In this document: piece after piece, positions 10,920 through 20,525 of the stretch
Layout: every line of letters begins with the position of its first letter
How positions within the stretch are numbered: the first letter of the stretch is position 1
DNA from: a virus
Taxonomy: Duplodnaviria > Caudoviricetes
Length of the DNA: 34,880 nt
IMG/VR virus record: IMGVR_UViG_3300029448_000170
Location: 1-34,880 of that record
Strand: one strand, 5' to 3'
Notes under the pieces: model-generated
Databases searched by the model: none
The model's input: the letters and a program-made list of their open reading frames with translations, nothing else
Told to the model about the DNA's origin: nothing
Position numbers and translations under genes: made by a program

Positions 10920-11858
10920 TTACGAAGTTTTAATTTCAATCGAACAGATTGGATTTAGAGGTGCATGACCCATAGCGTATTTAGCTACAACTAATGTACC
11001 TTGTCTTTGGATTTGGTAGTCCATTTCTGTACTTAAATCCATTAACTTAACAGTTCCAACTGCGTTTTTCTGCCAAGCACAAGCAACTGTTGTTGAGAAG
11101 TTTCCTGCAAAATTAGTGCTAGAACCTTGAGCAACACCAGATGAAATGTTAGTAGATGGTATATTGTTTGTAGGAATAATGTTCATTCCTGCAACTTTTA
11201 ATACCTTACCGTCAGAGTAAGAACCGCTTCCACCCCAATCTCTGTTTATAACAGTAGTTCCCTGAATCAGATTGTAGTAAGCCGCAGGGCTAACCGCACA
11301 ATATCTGTCATCAGCAGGAACGTCATTTTCGTCCATTTCTTTAGCCGCACTAAATATAGTTGCCGCCGCAGAAGCCGCATTCGTGTTAAAGTCGGCATCA
11401 GTTAAAACTGAACCTGCCGCTTGTGGCGAAGCCGCACTTGCTCTACTGTTTAAGATTAAGTTTTGATAAACGTGCTTGTCCATTTGGTTCGCAAGAGCTC
11501 TACCTAATTCTTTTGAGTAAATTGATCTTACGTCATAATGCGACATAGCTTCGTCGATCTTAGCGATAAACACAGGAGCGATTAATAAATTCTCAATAGA
11601 GATTGTTCTCTCATTGTGAGTTATTGAACCACCTGTGATTTCGTTTCCTGCTGTATGGTAAGAAGCTGTTGCTTTACCAACGATAGGAAACTGTGCACTT
11701 TTTCCCGAACTAATTGTTCGAACTAAGTGTTTGTCTAGGGTTGAGTTTGCTGTTTCAAAAGCAGTAATGACCTCTCCTGAAAATACTTTCAAGAAAGATG
11801 CTGTTGTACTACCTGAACCAGCGTTCTGCCCTATATTTGATACAGTATAATTTGACAT
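10920..11858 (-). CDS. Major capsid protein (gp10)
   Basis: FLKVFSGEVITAF, RTISSGKSAQFP, YDVRSIYSKELGRALA and AKYAMGH motifs; strong SD AAAGGAGA upstream. Confidence 0.97.
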   Translation of the reverse strand: MSNYTVSNIGQNAGSGSTTASFLKVFSGEVITAFETANSTLDKHLVRTISSGKSAQFPIVGKATASYHTAGNEITGGSITHNERTISIENLLIAPVFIAKIDEAMSHYDVRSIYSKELGRALANQMDKHVYQNLILNSRASAASPQAAGSVLTDADFNTNAASAAATIFSAAKEMDENDVPADDRYCAVSPAAYYNLIQGTTVINRDWGGSGSYSDGKVLKVAGMNIIPTNNIPSTNISSGVAQGSSTNFAGNFSTTVACAWQKNAVGTVKLMDLSTEMDYQIQRQGTLVVAKYAMGHAPLNPICSIEIKTS

Positions 11859-11919
11859 TATATATATATCTCCTTTGTTATAGGTTGTTGCTAATTGAGC
11901 GATAGTAATTTCAGTTTCA

Positions 11920-11942
11920 GAATTGTCCGTCCTCAGACGGGT
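11920..11942 (-). promoter_or_regulatory. Hairpin in the capsid 5' leader
   Basis: CCGTC-CTCA-GACGG inverted repeat (11927-11940) in the 135-nt scaffold-capsid intergenic region. Confidence 0.45.
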
Positions 11943-11993
11943 TAAGTCTTACTTTTACTTGCTATTCTAGGACAGCAATTTATCCTAAGAATT

Positions 11994-12749
11994 CTATATT
12001 ACTTTTGATCTTGCTACTTTGTCAGCTACCATTTTTCTAAATGCACTATCAGTAGCGTATCTAGGGTCTGACATATCAGCTTTCATTTGACCAACACTTT
12101 CATAAGCAGAACCAGTTGATTGCTGATTATCTCCTGTAGAAAGATTTGGTTCTCTTGTTTCAGAAGAAAATCTAGCATACATACCTTTTATAGCAAACAT
12201 AGCACTTTCATTACTTTGATTTATGCTATCGTTAAATTGTTGTATTTCTTCTGATGGTAAATTATTTGTTACCCAATCAGTCATGCTTTTATAATTTTCT
12301 TCGCCACCTGTTGCATTATAAGCGGTTTGCTCAAATGCTTGAGATTGAGCTTCTAATCCTGCTATGTAATTATTTACATAACTTTTAGGAAGACCCATCT
12401 TTTCAAGACTATTAAGAGTATTTTCACTTAGTTCTCCATTTTCAGTAAATTCTTTTTCTGCATTTGCAAAATCAAATTTTCCTGCTTCAAGTGGTGTATC
12501 TTCTGTTTTTTCGTTTTCAAAAGATTTATCTTCTGATTTATCAGCAGATAATTTTTTTTCTAATTCTTGGTAAGATTTAATTAAATCATCTTGAGTTTTA
12601 AATTTACCAAGTATAGGTTTTGGTTCTTCTGTTGATGGTGCTTCTTCTACTTTTACTTCATTAGCAACATCAGCTTTCTTAGACATTTCATCTAAGTATT
12701 CCTGTGTTTCTGTTTTTTCTTCGACAGGTATGTCTACTTTTTCAACCAT
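11994..12749 (-). CDS. Capsid assembly scaffolding protein (gp9)
   Basis: Acidic protein with LGKFKT..DL.KSY.ELEKKL, GGEENY..M.DW and MSDPRY..D.AFR motifs. Confidence 0.93.
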   Translation of the reverse strand: MVEKVDIPVEEKTETQEYLDEMSKKADVANEVKVEEAPSTEEPKPILGKFKTQDDLIKSYQELEKKLSADKSEDKSFENEKTEDTPLEAGKFDFANAEKEFTENGELSENTLNSLEKMGLPKSYVNNYIAGLEAQSQAFEQTAYNATGGEENYKSMTDWVTNNLPSEEIQQFNDSINQSNESAMFAIKGMYARFSSETREPNLSTGDNQQSTGSAYESVGQMKADMSDPRYATDSAFRKMVADKVARSKVI

Positions 12750-12761
12750 TGTTTCTCCTTA

Positions 12762-14312
12762 TTAGTTTTTCTCCCTGTCTTTAAAACTATCTCTAACCAT
12801 GCCTGCACCCTCTTTAACAATAGCAGGTGTATTTTGTTCCATCATGGCTTGTTGTTGCATAGCTTGTTGTTCAGCTTGTATCTGTTGTGGGTCTTTAATT
12901 AAACCCTCCATTTCTACCCCAAGAGATGTTCCAACTCTTTTTACATACTCATCTAAATTTAAGTATGTCATTAACTGTTCCGCAAAAGGTTGAAGTTGTT
13001 GAACAAACATATTCAATCTTTGCAAATCACTTGATCTACCTAAAGCTTCAAGTCCTGTAACTATTTTAGGACGTACGCTATCTTTAGGTAATGGTGGTAA
13101 TGCTTTTTTCTTTTCCATTTGAAACATTAATCTGTTTATTAATGGAAGTTGTAATTCTTGTGATAATAAAGAATACAAGCCACCTAAACTATCGTCTAAT
13201 TCTTTTGATACAAAATTAATTTCTGTTGCAGTAACTCTGTCATTATTTCTTTGAACAGATGTATTAAGCATAAAAGCAAACTGCAATCTTTCTTCAATAA
13301 GTTTCATTGTTTGGAATGCTATATTAAAATCAGAAAACTTATTAACTTGAAGTGTAGTAACATCTTCTGCATTACCCTCACGGATTGCACCGTTAGGACT
13401 TTCAGATAAAGTTTTAAGGCGTGTGCTACCGTTGGGTTTCACTAAAAATAAAACTTTACTAGCCGCCGCAGAGCCCTCTACAACTGATCTGTATAAAGCT
13501 TCAAGTGATCTTAAGTCTCCAATATATTCTTCAATAAATCCTCTACCATAATCGCTATTGTCAATAGAAGTATATCTTAATGGTATAAATGCGTTTTTAT
13601 CTATAGGATAAGAACCTATAGAAGACGGAATAATTTGATCTTTAATTTCTTGATGAACTAACCATTTTTTTCCATTTTCTGATCTTTTAACACAAGTATA
13701 AATTTCACAACTATCATCATAACTTTCTTTATCTTTTTCTCCTCCATCTATTAATGCTTTCTGTTCTTCTGTTAAAGCATTTGGAGCAACCATATCTTTA
13801 GTTATGATTTCTAAAACATTTCCAATACCATCTCTTTTAACAACGTATCTGTCTAGATGATATACTTTCATCTTTAAATCTGGGGTTACATATAATAAAA
13901 CATTACCACAAATTAAAAGGTGTTTTAATGCTTCAAACATAGCATTTCTAAAGTTATTAACTTCCATTTCATTCATTACAACTCTTTCAATAGAGCTCAT
14001 AGCTTTTTCAAATTCGCCTTTCATATCATCACGACCTGCTAACTCAGACAAAGTAAACTCGTCTAGTGTAAGTCTAAAAAATGCTTGGTTTGGGGGAAGT
14101 AAAGCTAAAAGAAGTTTAGCGGAAAGATTGTTAACACCTCTAGCACCAATTCCTTGATATGGAGTGTATAGGGTCGTATGCTTGTTGTGATAATCACGAG
14201 GCATAATAGATGGAATTGTAAACTCTGCACTATCCCTAGCACGATCGAGAAACGGGTCTCTATTTGCTTCTAATGTAGTATATCGTGATTTTGCTGATTT
14301 GTAATTACTCAT
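12762..14312 (-). CDS. Portal (head-tail connector, gp8)
   Basis: YQGIGARGVNNLSAKLLLALLPP, YGRGFIEEYIGDL, RVTATEI and TGLEALGR motifs. Confidence 0.97.
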   Translation of the reverse strand: MSNYKSAKSRYTTLEANRDPFLDRARDSAEFTIPSIMPRDYHNKHTTLYTPYQGIGARGVNNLSAKLLLALLPPNQAFFRLTLDEFTLSELAGRDDMKGEFEKAMSSIERVVMNEMEVNNFRNAMFEALKHLLICGNVLLYVTPDLKMKVYHLDRYVVKRDGIGNVLEIITKDMVAPNALTEEQKALIDGGEKDKESYDDSCEIYTCVKRSENGKKWLVHQEIKDQIIPSSIGSYPIDKNAFIPLRYTSIDNSDYGRGFIEEYIGDLRSLEALYRSVVEGSAAASKVLFLVKPNGSTRLKTLSESPNGAIREGNAEDVTTLQVNKFSDFNIAFQTMKLIEERLQFAFMLNTSVQRNNDRVTATEINFVSKELDDSLGGLYSLLSQELQLPLINRLMFQMEKKKALPPLPKDSVRPKIVTGLEALGRSSDLQRLNMFVQQLQPFAEQLMTYLNLDEYVKRVGTSLGVEMEGLIKDPQQIQAEQQAMQQQAMMEQNTPAIVKEGAGMVRDSFKDREKN

Positions 14313-14327
14313 ATATATTTATTAAAA

Positions 14328-14552
14328 CTATGGTTTTGTTACGTTAGCACCTGTCGATGTAGTTGTACCGCCAACTTGTAAAGGTATTCTTAAAGCTGAC
14401 TTACCTGATTTTGCACCTGATCTAGAAACTTTAGTTCTTATTGTTTTTAGCTTTTTCTTTTGTTTTCTATTTTCGCCAATATTTACTTCTGTGGCAGGCG
14501 GAGCTAAAGGTTCTGGTGGTGGAGGCAACTTCGGTTTTTGTGGTATACACAT
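14328..14552 (-). CDS. Small virion assembly protein (gp7.3-like by position)
   Basis: MC start, Pro-rich then basic, KSALRIPL motif, immediately upstream of the portal gene. Confidence 0.6.
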   Translation of the reverse strand: MCIPQKPKLPPPPEPLAPPATEVNIGENRKQKKKLKTIRTKVSRSGAKSGKSALRIPLQVGGTTTSTGANVTKP

Positions 14553-14553
14553 A

Positions 14554-14742
14554 TTATTTAATGTCTCCTATTACTTTTTTATTTAAAATGTTGTTTTCAT
14601 TTTCATTTAAGATTTTCTTTAAATGAGTAACAACACTAGATTGTCCTGATTTAAACCAAATTTGCCTGTCAGAATCTTTTAAGTCAGGAGATTTATTAGG
14701 GAATTGTTTTTCTAAATAATCAATTAATTCTTGGTTAATCAT
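14554..14742 (-). CDS. Conserved small T7-like protein (gp6.5-like)
   Basis: LIDYLEKQFP...IWFKSGQSSVV pattern and position. Confidence 0.6.
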   Translation of the reverse strand: MINQELIDYLEKQFPNKSPDLKDSDRQIWFKSGQSSVVTHLKKILNENENNILNKKVIGDIK

Positions 14743-14763
14743 AAGTTATATCCAAGAGAGCAA

Positions 14764-15087
14764 CTATTTAGGTTGTATTTTTAGGGGAATTGGTACTACT
14801 TTAAGTACGTTTTTGGTGGGAATGACCATAGTATTACCGCCCTCAGCGATAACATATTTGCCATTTTTTTCATCTGTTGTGAAATCTGACGCTAAAACAA
14901 AAGCGTCCTCTGTTTTATTAATAAGAAATCCAACGCTAATACATATTGTTGGAAGCATTTGTTCTATAGTAGAAAGCTCATTCCAACTACTATCAGAATT
15001 TGCATCTTCCCATAGTACAAATACAAATTTATACTTGGGTGGATTTTGGGATATCCATTGTAGGATTTTCTTTAGTAGTTTCTTCAT
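14764..15087 (-). CDS. Hypothetical phage protein
   Basis: 107 aa, W.DA...SW...C.SVGFL pattern, co-oriented with neighbours. Confidence 0.7.
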   Translation of the reverse strand: MKKLLKKILQWISQNPPKYKFVFVLWEDANSDSSWNELSTIEQMLPTICISVGFLINKTEDAFVLASDFTTDEKNGKYVIAEGGNTMVIPTKNVLKVVPIPLKIQPK

Positions 15088-15292
15088 TTGTTTTTTCCTC
15101 AGTTTTAGGTTCGATAGGTATTTCTTCTAAAGTTGATCTAGTTGTATTCTGACCTATTACAGTATATTTTGCTTTAACCGTAGGCGGGAATATATTGTCC
15201 GTATCAGGAGTACGAGCGTAAAATTCATCTTCGTATAAAATATCAACATTAAGCCAAGTTTTCTTTTTCCATCTTTTTACTTCGCTACTCAT
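15029..15292 (-). CDS. Hypothetical phage protein
   Basis: 87 aa, start overlaps the upstream stop, AAGGA SD. Confidence 0.6.
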   Translation of the reverse strand: MSSEVKRWKKKTWLNVDILYEDEFYARTPDTDNIFPPTVKAKYTVIGQNTTRSTLEEIPIEPKTEEKTNEETTKENPTMDIPKSTQV

Positions 15293-15599
15293 CTGTTTCC
15301 TTTTTAATATTTCTTGACTTTATATTTACAATTTCTCCACCAATAGCCATATAAGCCGCTCCATCTATATAATTATCGTTAGTATGTTTTCCGTTTTGAG
15401 TTCTTCCAATTTTAAATAGAGAAAGTAACAAAGCTACATCTTGTTCAGAAATAGCTATATTAACTCTAGTTTTGTTAGTTAAGTAAGCAGACCATAGACG
15501 AGCAATATTTCCATGATTAACAACTATATCTCCATGTTGTTTTGCTCGGTCGTTCATTATTAAATCAGACGCTTTATCTAATATTTCTTCTCTGTTCAT
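15285..15599 (-). CDS. DUF6378-like protein (possible all-alpha nucleotide pyrophosphohydrolase-related family)
   Basis: ILDKA..LI..DR..QHG...IARLWSAYL...DVALL..LFKIGR...DNYIDGAAY pattern. Start probably the ATG at 15599 overlapping the exonuclease TGA. Confidence 0.65.
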   Translation of the reverse strand: MNREEILDKASDLIMNDRAKQHGDIVVNHGNIARLWSAYLTNKTRVNIAISEQDVALLLSLFKIGRTQNGKHTNDNYIDGAAYMAIGGEIVNIKSRNIKKETDE

Positions 15600-16342
15600 T
15601 TTCCACTCCATAGTATAGGTTGTTTATTTTTAAAATCGTAATCTGTATTTCTAAGAATTCTTGCTAAACGAGCTTGTACTAAAGCATCATCTTCGGTAAG
15701 ACCTTGTTCTTTAAAACAAGTTTTTACTACGTTCCATAAATTCTTTTTCTTAGTTAATGTTTTTTTAGTTTTTACTTCTCCGTAAGTAGGAGCTCCTTTA
15801 TAATTATCTGTAGCATCTCCAACTAAGCATTGATAAAAGAAATTATAATCTGCTTGTTTTTGTGTTATTCCATAAAACTCTTTAGCGGTTGGATTGTAAT
15901 GTAAACCTGCAATTTGATTTAAGTCTTTGTCAATACTACAAATAATTTTATTACCTTTAATAGTATTAGAAGTAGCTAATATACCTAAAATATCATCAGC
16001 TTCTAATTTTGGTCTAACATAACCGTTATAATTTTTATAGATATAATCTCTGCAAAATTTAAGAGTTATTGGTTTTCTTTGTTTAATTCTATTTAATTTA
16101 TAATCGGGATATATTTCTTTTCTAAAATTATTTTTATCACTAAATGCAGATATTAATTCTTTACATTGAGTATCTTGTTTTAAATCGTGGTAATAATCTT
16201 TAATCTTTCTTACGCAATCTTTTTCATCAGAATGTAAACTCCAAATAGCAAATTCTTCTTTATCTCCCCATCTAATAGCTTCTTCTGTAGAGAAAGCTAC
16301 TTGATAAGCTACAACATCTGCGTCAACTAATAATGTACTCAT
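15596..16342 (-). CDS. 5'-3' exonuclease (T7 gp6-like)
   Basis: LLVDADVVAY, NFRKEIYPDYKLNR, LEADDILGI, SIDKDL and GDATDNYKG motifs. Confidence 0.95.
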   Translation of the reverse strand: MSTLLVDADVVAYQVAFSTEEAIRWGDKEEFAIWSLHSDEKDCVRKIKDYYHDLKQDTQCKELISAFSDKNNFRKEIYPDYKLNRIKQRKPITLKFCRDYIYKNYNGYVRPKLEADDILGILATSNTIKGNKIICSIDKDLNQIAGLHYNPTAKEFYGITQKQADYNFFYQCLVGDATDNYKGAPTYGEVKTKKTLTKKKNLWNVVKTCFKEQGLTEDDALVQARLARILRNTDYDFKNKQPILWSGK

Positions 16343-16656
16343 TATCCATTTCCTTTTGGTTTAATAGTGTTTAAATTGACATGAATAACATTATTGTCTC
16401 TTTTTTTTATTTTTTGCCTAAAATCATTCTCGTCAAACTCTTTTTCTTGTGCTTCAATTATTGGAAGCGTACTTAAATATTGTCCGTGTTTTTCTATTGT
16501 TTTAAGAAAACCAGATATAATAGAACCAACTTGAACAGAGGGACTATTAAGCATATCTTCTGGTTTTTCATGGTCAGAATATTTTTCAAAGATACTAAAT
16601 TCTATTTTTTCTTTTTTACCATCATCTTTGTCGTGTAAAACTATTATAACTTGCAT
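16342..16656 (-). CDS. Hypothetical protein
   Basis: 104 aa, translationally coupled to the exonuclease (TAATG). Confidence 0.65.
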   Translation of the reverse strand: MQVIIVLHDKDDGKKEKIEFSIFEKYSDHEKPEDMLNSPSVQVGSIISGFLKTIEKHGQYLSTLPIIEAQEKEFDENDFRQKIKKRDNNVIHVNLNTIKPKGNG

Positions 16657-17003
16657 TTATTTTCCTTTAATTTTTGATACCAAGCATCTGCAACTTTATA
16701 CAAAGCTTCTGGTGTTTTTAATTTTCCCTTTACCGTATTGCAAGTATGGCAAATAACCCAAATGTTATCTAGCTCATAACCTTTGTCCGTATCAATACGG
16801 TCAACAGAGGGAGAGTTGAATGACTTACCAAGTGGTACTAAAATAGTTCCACAGCACGGACAATGGCTAGGCGTAAGTCTAATTAGTTCATCTATATTTA
16901 ATCCGCAATCGTGTCCTTGTCTTATTCTTTGATTACATAAAGCATTTGAAGCCCACCGTCTCCATTTCTTGTTAGTGGGTTTCCGCCCAATTCTTTCCGA
17001 CAC
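16644..17003 (-). CDS. HNH-type endonuclease-like protein
   Basis: CPCCG...SVDRID..KGY..DNIWVIC..CN..K zinc-binding/HNH-like pattern. Confidence 0.75.
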   Translation of the reverse strand: MSERIGRKPTNKKWRRWASNALCNQRIRQGHDCGLNIDELIRLTPSHCPCCGTILVPLGKSFNSPSVDRIDTDKGYELDNIWVICHTCNTVKGKLKTPEALYKVADAWYQKLKENKCKL

Positions 17004-18726
17004 GGTATTCTGCTCCTAAGGGTACTCTTAATTTAAAATGTTGCCCTGCCTCAACTATGCTATCTACCGCTATCTTCCCAACTTCTTCTGCAATATCTGG
17101 TCTTGCTTCTATTTGAAATTCATCGTGTATGTTTGCAACTACAAACGCATCTTTTCCTTTTAATTTATTCCAAAGAATAATTAATGCTTTCTTCATTATT
17201 ATAGCCGCACAACTTTGATTTAATGCGTTTAACGCTGAGTGTTGTGATCGAATAGTTAATATTCTTTTATCTATAGCTTTAATATGTCCAACACCCTCTA
17301 ATTTATCTATAATATCATATTTAAGTTCCTGTAAAAATGGTAATACTCTATTAAATTTATTTAATACTTCTTTTGCTTCTTCCATAGAACAATCAAGTAT
17401 TTCATGCACTCTCCGAGAACTAGCTCCGTAAAGTACCGCATAGAGAATTGTCTTTGCTAATGCTCTAGATTTTAAACCTAAGTTTTTTTGATTGTAGGTG
17501 TGTATGTCTCCATTTAAAATTAAATCAACATAACCTTGTCCACCTGTATAATTATAAATATAGTGTCCTAAACTTCTTGCTTCAATCCCACTTGCGTCAG
17601 CTCCTACCATTACATAACCTTTAGTTGGAATAAATAATTCTCTACATTCTTTTCCATAAGGAGAATTGATACTTGGCACTTGTTGTAAATTTGGACTACG
17701 ACAACTCATTCGTCCAGTTGTAATGTTTGTAATATAATTACAATGTATTCTTTCATCTTTAACAACTTTTAACCAAGCATTTTTTCCATCACTTAACATA
17801 CCTAATCTTTTTTCTATTAATAAATATTCGTTAAGTTCTTTTGCTTCTGGGTAATCTAAATGTTCTAAAGTTTCTTCATCAACTATTGGTAAACCTGTTT
17901 CTGAAAACTTTTTAGGTTTCCAGTTTCTTAGCTCCATAAGTCTATTTGATATTTGTTGACGACTTGATGGGTTAAATTTCATTGTTTTAGATTTTCTAAC
18001 AGCAACACCTTTTTTATAACCAAGTTTTTTATTATTAACTTTAGGAATAAACTCTCCTAAATCAACTTGCCAATCAGGAAATCTATTTTCTAATTGTAAT
18101 TTTAAATCATGTGTACGACCTAATAACTTAGCGTGTAAATTTTGAGCTCTTTCTACATCAAAACCAAAACCTTTTTCTTCTTGTTCTTTAAGAATATTTG
18201 CTACTTCATGTTCTAACTCTATACTTTCTTTACTAAATCCTTTTTCTAATAATTTCTTATAAAGTAAGGAAGTTAATTTTACATCTTGAACACAATACTC
18301 AAGCATATCTTTATTAAATTCTTTAAAATCATTTACCTCAGCATAATCGCCTTTATAAAATTTTAATCTTTGTCCCCAAGCTTTTAAACTATGTCTACCT
18401 ACAACAGATTTATCAATGTGATTGTTAGCTAACAATTTAAAGTCTACGCTATTGGCTATGTCAGGGTAGATAAGACGACTAAGGCATAGAGTATCGTGTA
18501 CTAACTCAGGGCTATGAGTGTAGTTATACAAACGCTTTAAGACTGGGAGGTCGTATTTAATTACGTTATGTCCCACGACTAAGTTGTCAGCTAACAAATC
18601 AATACCTTTCGGTATATCCCGTCCAACAAACGAAATTTCTTTTCCATCTTTTTGTAAGACTAGACAATGTACTTTTGTTGGATTAAATCCATCTGTCTCA
18701 ATATCAAAAATTATTGGTTGTTTCAT
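16972..18726 (-). CDS. DNA polymerase, family A (T7 gp5-like, Tyr at the E. coli 762-equivalent position)
   Basis: Exo I FDIETDG, motif A GADASGIEAR, motif B AKTILYAVLYG, motif C NIHDE. Probable start MKQPIIFD at 18726. Confidence 0.97.
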   Translation of the reverse strand: MKQPIIFDIETDGFNPTKVHCLVLQKDGKEISFVGRDIPKGIDLLADNLVVGHNVIKYDLPVLKRLYNYTHSPELVHDTLCLSRLIYPDIANSVDFKLLANNHIDKSVVGRHSLKAWGQRLKFYKGDYAEVNDFKEFNKDMLEYCVQDVKLTSLLYKKLLEKGFSKESIELEHEVANILKEQEEKGFGFDVERAQNLHAKLLGRTHDLKLQLENRFPDWQVDLGEFIPKVNNKKLGYKKGVAVRKSKTMKFNPSSRQQISNRLMELRNWKPKKFSETGLPIVDEETLEHLDYPEAKELNEYLLIEKRLGMLSDGKNAWLKVVKDERIHCNYITNITTGRMSCRSPNLQQVPSINSPYGKECRELFIPTKGYVMVGADASGIEARSLGHYIYNYTGGQGYVDLILNGDIHTYNQKNLGLKSRALAKTILYAVLYGASSRRVHEILDCSMEEAKEVLNKFNRVLPFLQELKYDIIDKLEGVGHIKAIDKRILTIRSQHSALNALNQSCAAIIMKKALIILWNKLKGKDAFVVANIHDEFQIEARPDIAEEVGKIAVDSIVEAGQHFKLRVPLGAEYRVGKNWAETH

Positions 18727-20302
18727 ATTCTTGTAATCTCCCTGTTTCTTGATTGTATTGAAGTGTTGTTCCAATACCTGTTATTCCTGCAAATCTATTT
18801 TTTAAAATTCTAACTACAGTTTTCTTTCCGTTTTCTTGATCTGAAACTGAGCGTTCCACGCCAATGCAAATATCACAAAGTTGTCCAATACTTGCACTAC
18901 CTCTAAGTTGTCCGAGTGAAGTTTTTAAACCATCTGTATGATCTTTATTTCCCTCTGGTCTTTTTAAATGTGAAATAATTACAACACCAATATTTAATTG
19001 TTCTGTTAATGCTCTTAATCTTGTCATTAACATATCAATAGTTTTTCTTTCATCATTAGTTTCAAGTCCACTAACAATGATTGAAATATGATCTATAAAT
19101 AAATATTCTATGTCTAAAGCTTTAGCAAAATATTTAATTTTATTTAAAATTGTATTTTCTTCTACCGATCCCCAATGATCGTAAAGAAATACATTTCCAT
19201 TACCTACTGTTTCTTTATAAGCGGTTTCTAATTCTGTTTCAGTTACACCCTCTCTATCTATATGGATAGGTTTGTTTAAATGTAATCCTAATATTCCCTC
19301 ACAAGTTCTTTTTAAACTTTCTTCAAGAGATATAATTCCTATTCTTTTTCCTTTTTGAATTAAATGATAAGCGATCTCTTTAGTCATAAGCGACTTACCT
19401 ATCCCGCTACCACCACATATAGTTACAATTTCTCTTTTTCTAATACCAAATAATTTTCTATTAAGTCCCTCATAAGGATAAAATGCAGTAGCTTTTTCAT
19501 CTTCTTTTTTAATTACTTCCCAAAGTTCCTCTCCCGCTACAACTCCATCAGGTCTATATGTTTTCGCCTCCCACATAGCTTTAATTACATCTGCACCCAA
19601 ACCATTAATTAGCATTTCGTTAACGTCTTTTAGTTCAAAGTTTGCAATTTTAGCTTTACCTACTGTAAGAAGTTCTGCACATTTCTTAGCACATTCTTGA
19701 CCTGCATCATCTTGGTCATAGAAAAATATAACTTGTTCGTAGTTTTCAATAAATTCTAATTGTCTTTTAAGCGATTTAACTGCTCCATTAACTCCGTTAG
19801 GAATACCGACAACAGGATATTTATGATTAAAAAGTTGAGAAAGTGAAATTGTGTCAATTTCGCCCTCACAAATACACAAAATCTTACCTTTTCCACTCCA
19901 TAGGTTTTGACCATAAAGAGTAGCTTCATTTATATTTCCTAAAGTTTTAAACTCTTTGTTTTTAAATCTTAGCTTTTGAAATACAGGTTGTTTCTTTTTA
20001 TTATAATATGTTGCTATTTGAACTTGCTCTTTATTAAGTTCTCCAACTTTATAATTCCACTTTTTACAACTTTCCAAAGTAAGTTTACGTTTGGATAAAC
20101 TAATTTCTTTACCTTGTAATAAATCACTAGAGTAAACATTTTTAGATACATTCCTATTATTTGTAGAATTGCCATCAGGATAGAGAGTAGTATTACAGAC
20201 GAAACAATGAGTGTGTTGGTCAGAATACAAAGCCATTCCGTCAGACGAGGAACAAGTCGTGCACGGTAAGTGTTTAACAAATTCGCTATCATCAGACATC
20301 AA
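18704..20302 (-). CDS. DNA primase-helicase (gp4)
   Basis: Zn finger CTTC...HCFVC, TOPRIM CEGEID and D.D.AG, Walker A GGSGIGKS, DHISI, LRGSASIGQL and KNRFAG motifs. Confidence 0.97.
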   Translation of the reverse strand: MMSDDSEFVKHLPCTTCSSSDGMALYSDQHTHCFVCNTTLYPDGNSTNNRNVSKNVYSSDLLQGKEISLSKRKLTLESCKKWNYKVGELNKEQVQIATYYNKKKQPVFQKLRFKNKEFKTLGNINEATLYGQNLWSGKGKILCICEGEIDTISLSQLFNHKYPVVGIPNGVNGAVKSLKRQLEFIENYEQVIFFYDQDDAGQECAKKCAELLTVGKAKIANFELKDVNEMLINGLGADVIKAMWEAKTYRPDGVVAGEELWEVIKKEDEKATAFYPYEGLNRKLFGIRKREIVTICGGSGIGKSLMTKEIAYHLIQKGKRIGIISLEESLKRTCEGILGLHLNKPIHIDREGVTETELETAYKETVGNGNVFLYDHWGSVEENTILNKIKYFAKALDIEYLFIDHISIIVSGLETNDERKTIDMLMTRLRALTEQLNIGVVIISHLKRPEGNKDHTDGLKTSLGQLRGSASIGQLCDICIGVERSVSDQENGKKTVVRILKNRFAGITGIGTTLQYNQETGRLQEYETTNNF

Positions 20303-20516
20303 TACCCGCTTCCCGTCCTGCGTTTAAGCGGTCTTCTTCAATTTTTTTTAATTTACTATCTGCCTCAGTTAAATCTGTTTGCAAAACACCATTTAACTTT
20401 TTTTGTGCATCATTAATTGTTTGTTGATCTTTAATACGTTTATATAAAGCTTGTATTTGTGCATCTTTATTTTCAACGATCTTTTGCCATTCTTCGTTTG
20501 TTTTTGAAACTAACAT
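20292..20516 (-). CDS. Hypothetical coiled-coil protein
   Basis: 74 aa, SD GGGAGGA upstream. Confidence 0.7.
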   Translation of the reverse strand: MLVSKTNEEWQKIVENKDAQIQALYKRIKDQQTINDAQKKLNGVLQTDLTEADSKLKKIEEDRLNAGREAGIDV

Positions 20517-20525
20517 AGTCCTCCC

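Noticed and set aside
10894-10940. T7 gp10B-style capsid frameshift extension
   Set aside because: The terminator follows within about 25 nt, leaving no room for an extension.
20014-20292. 92-aa minus-strand ORF with a hydrophobic stretch
   Set aside because: Out of frame and fully inside the primase gene, with no independent support.
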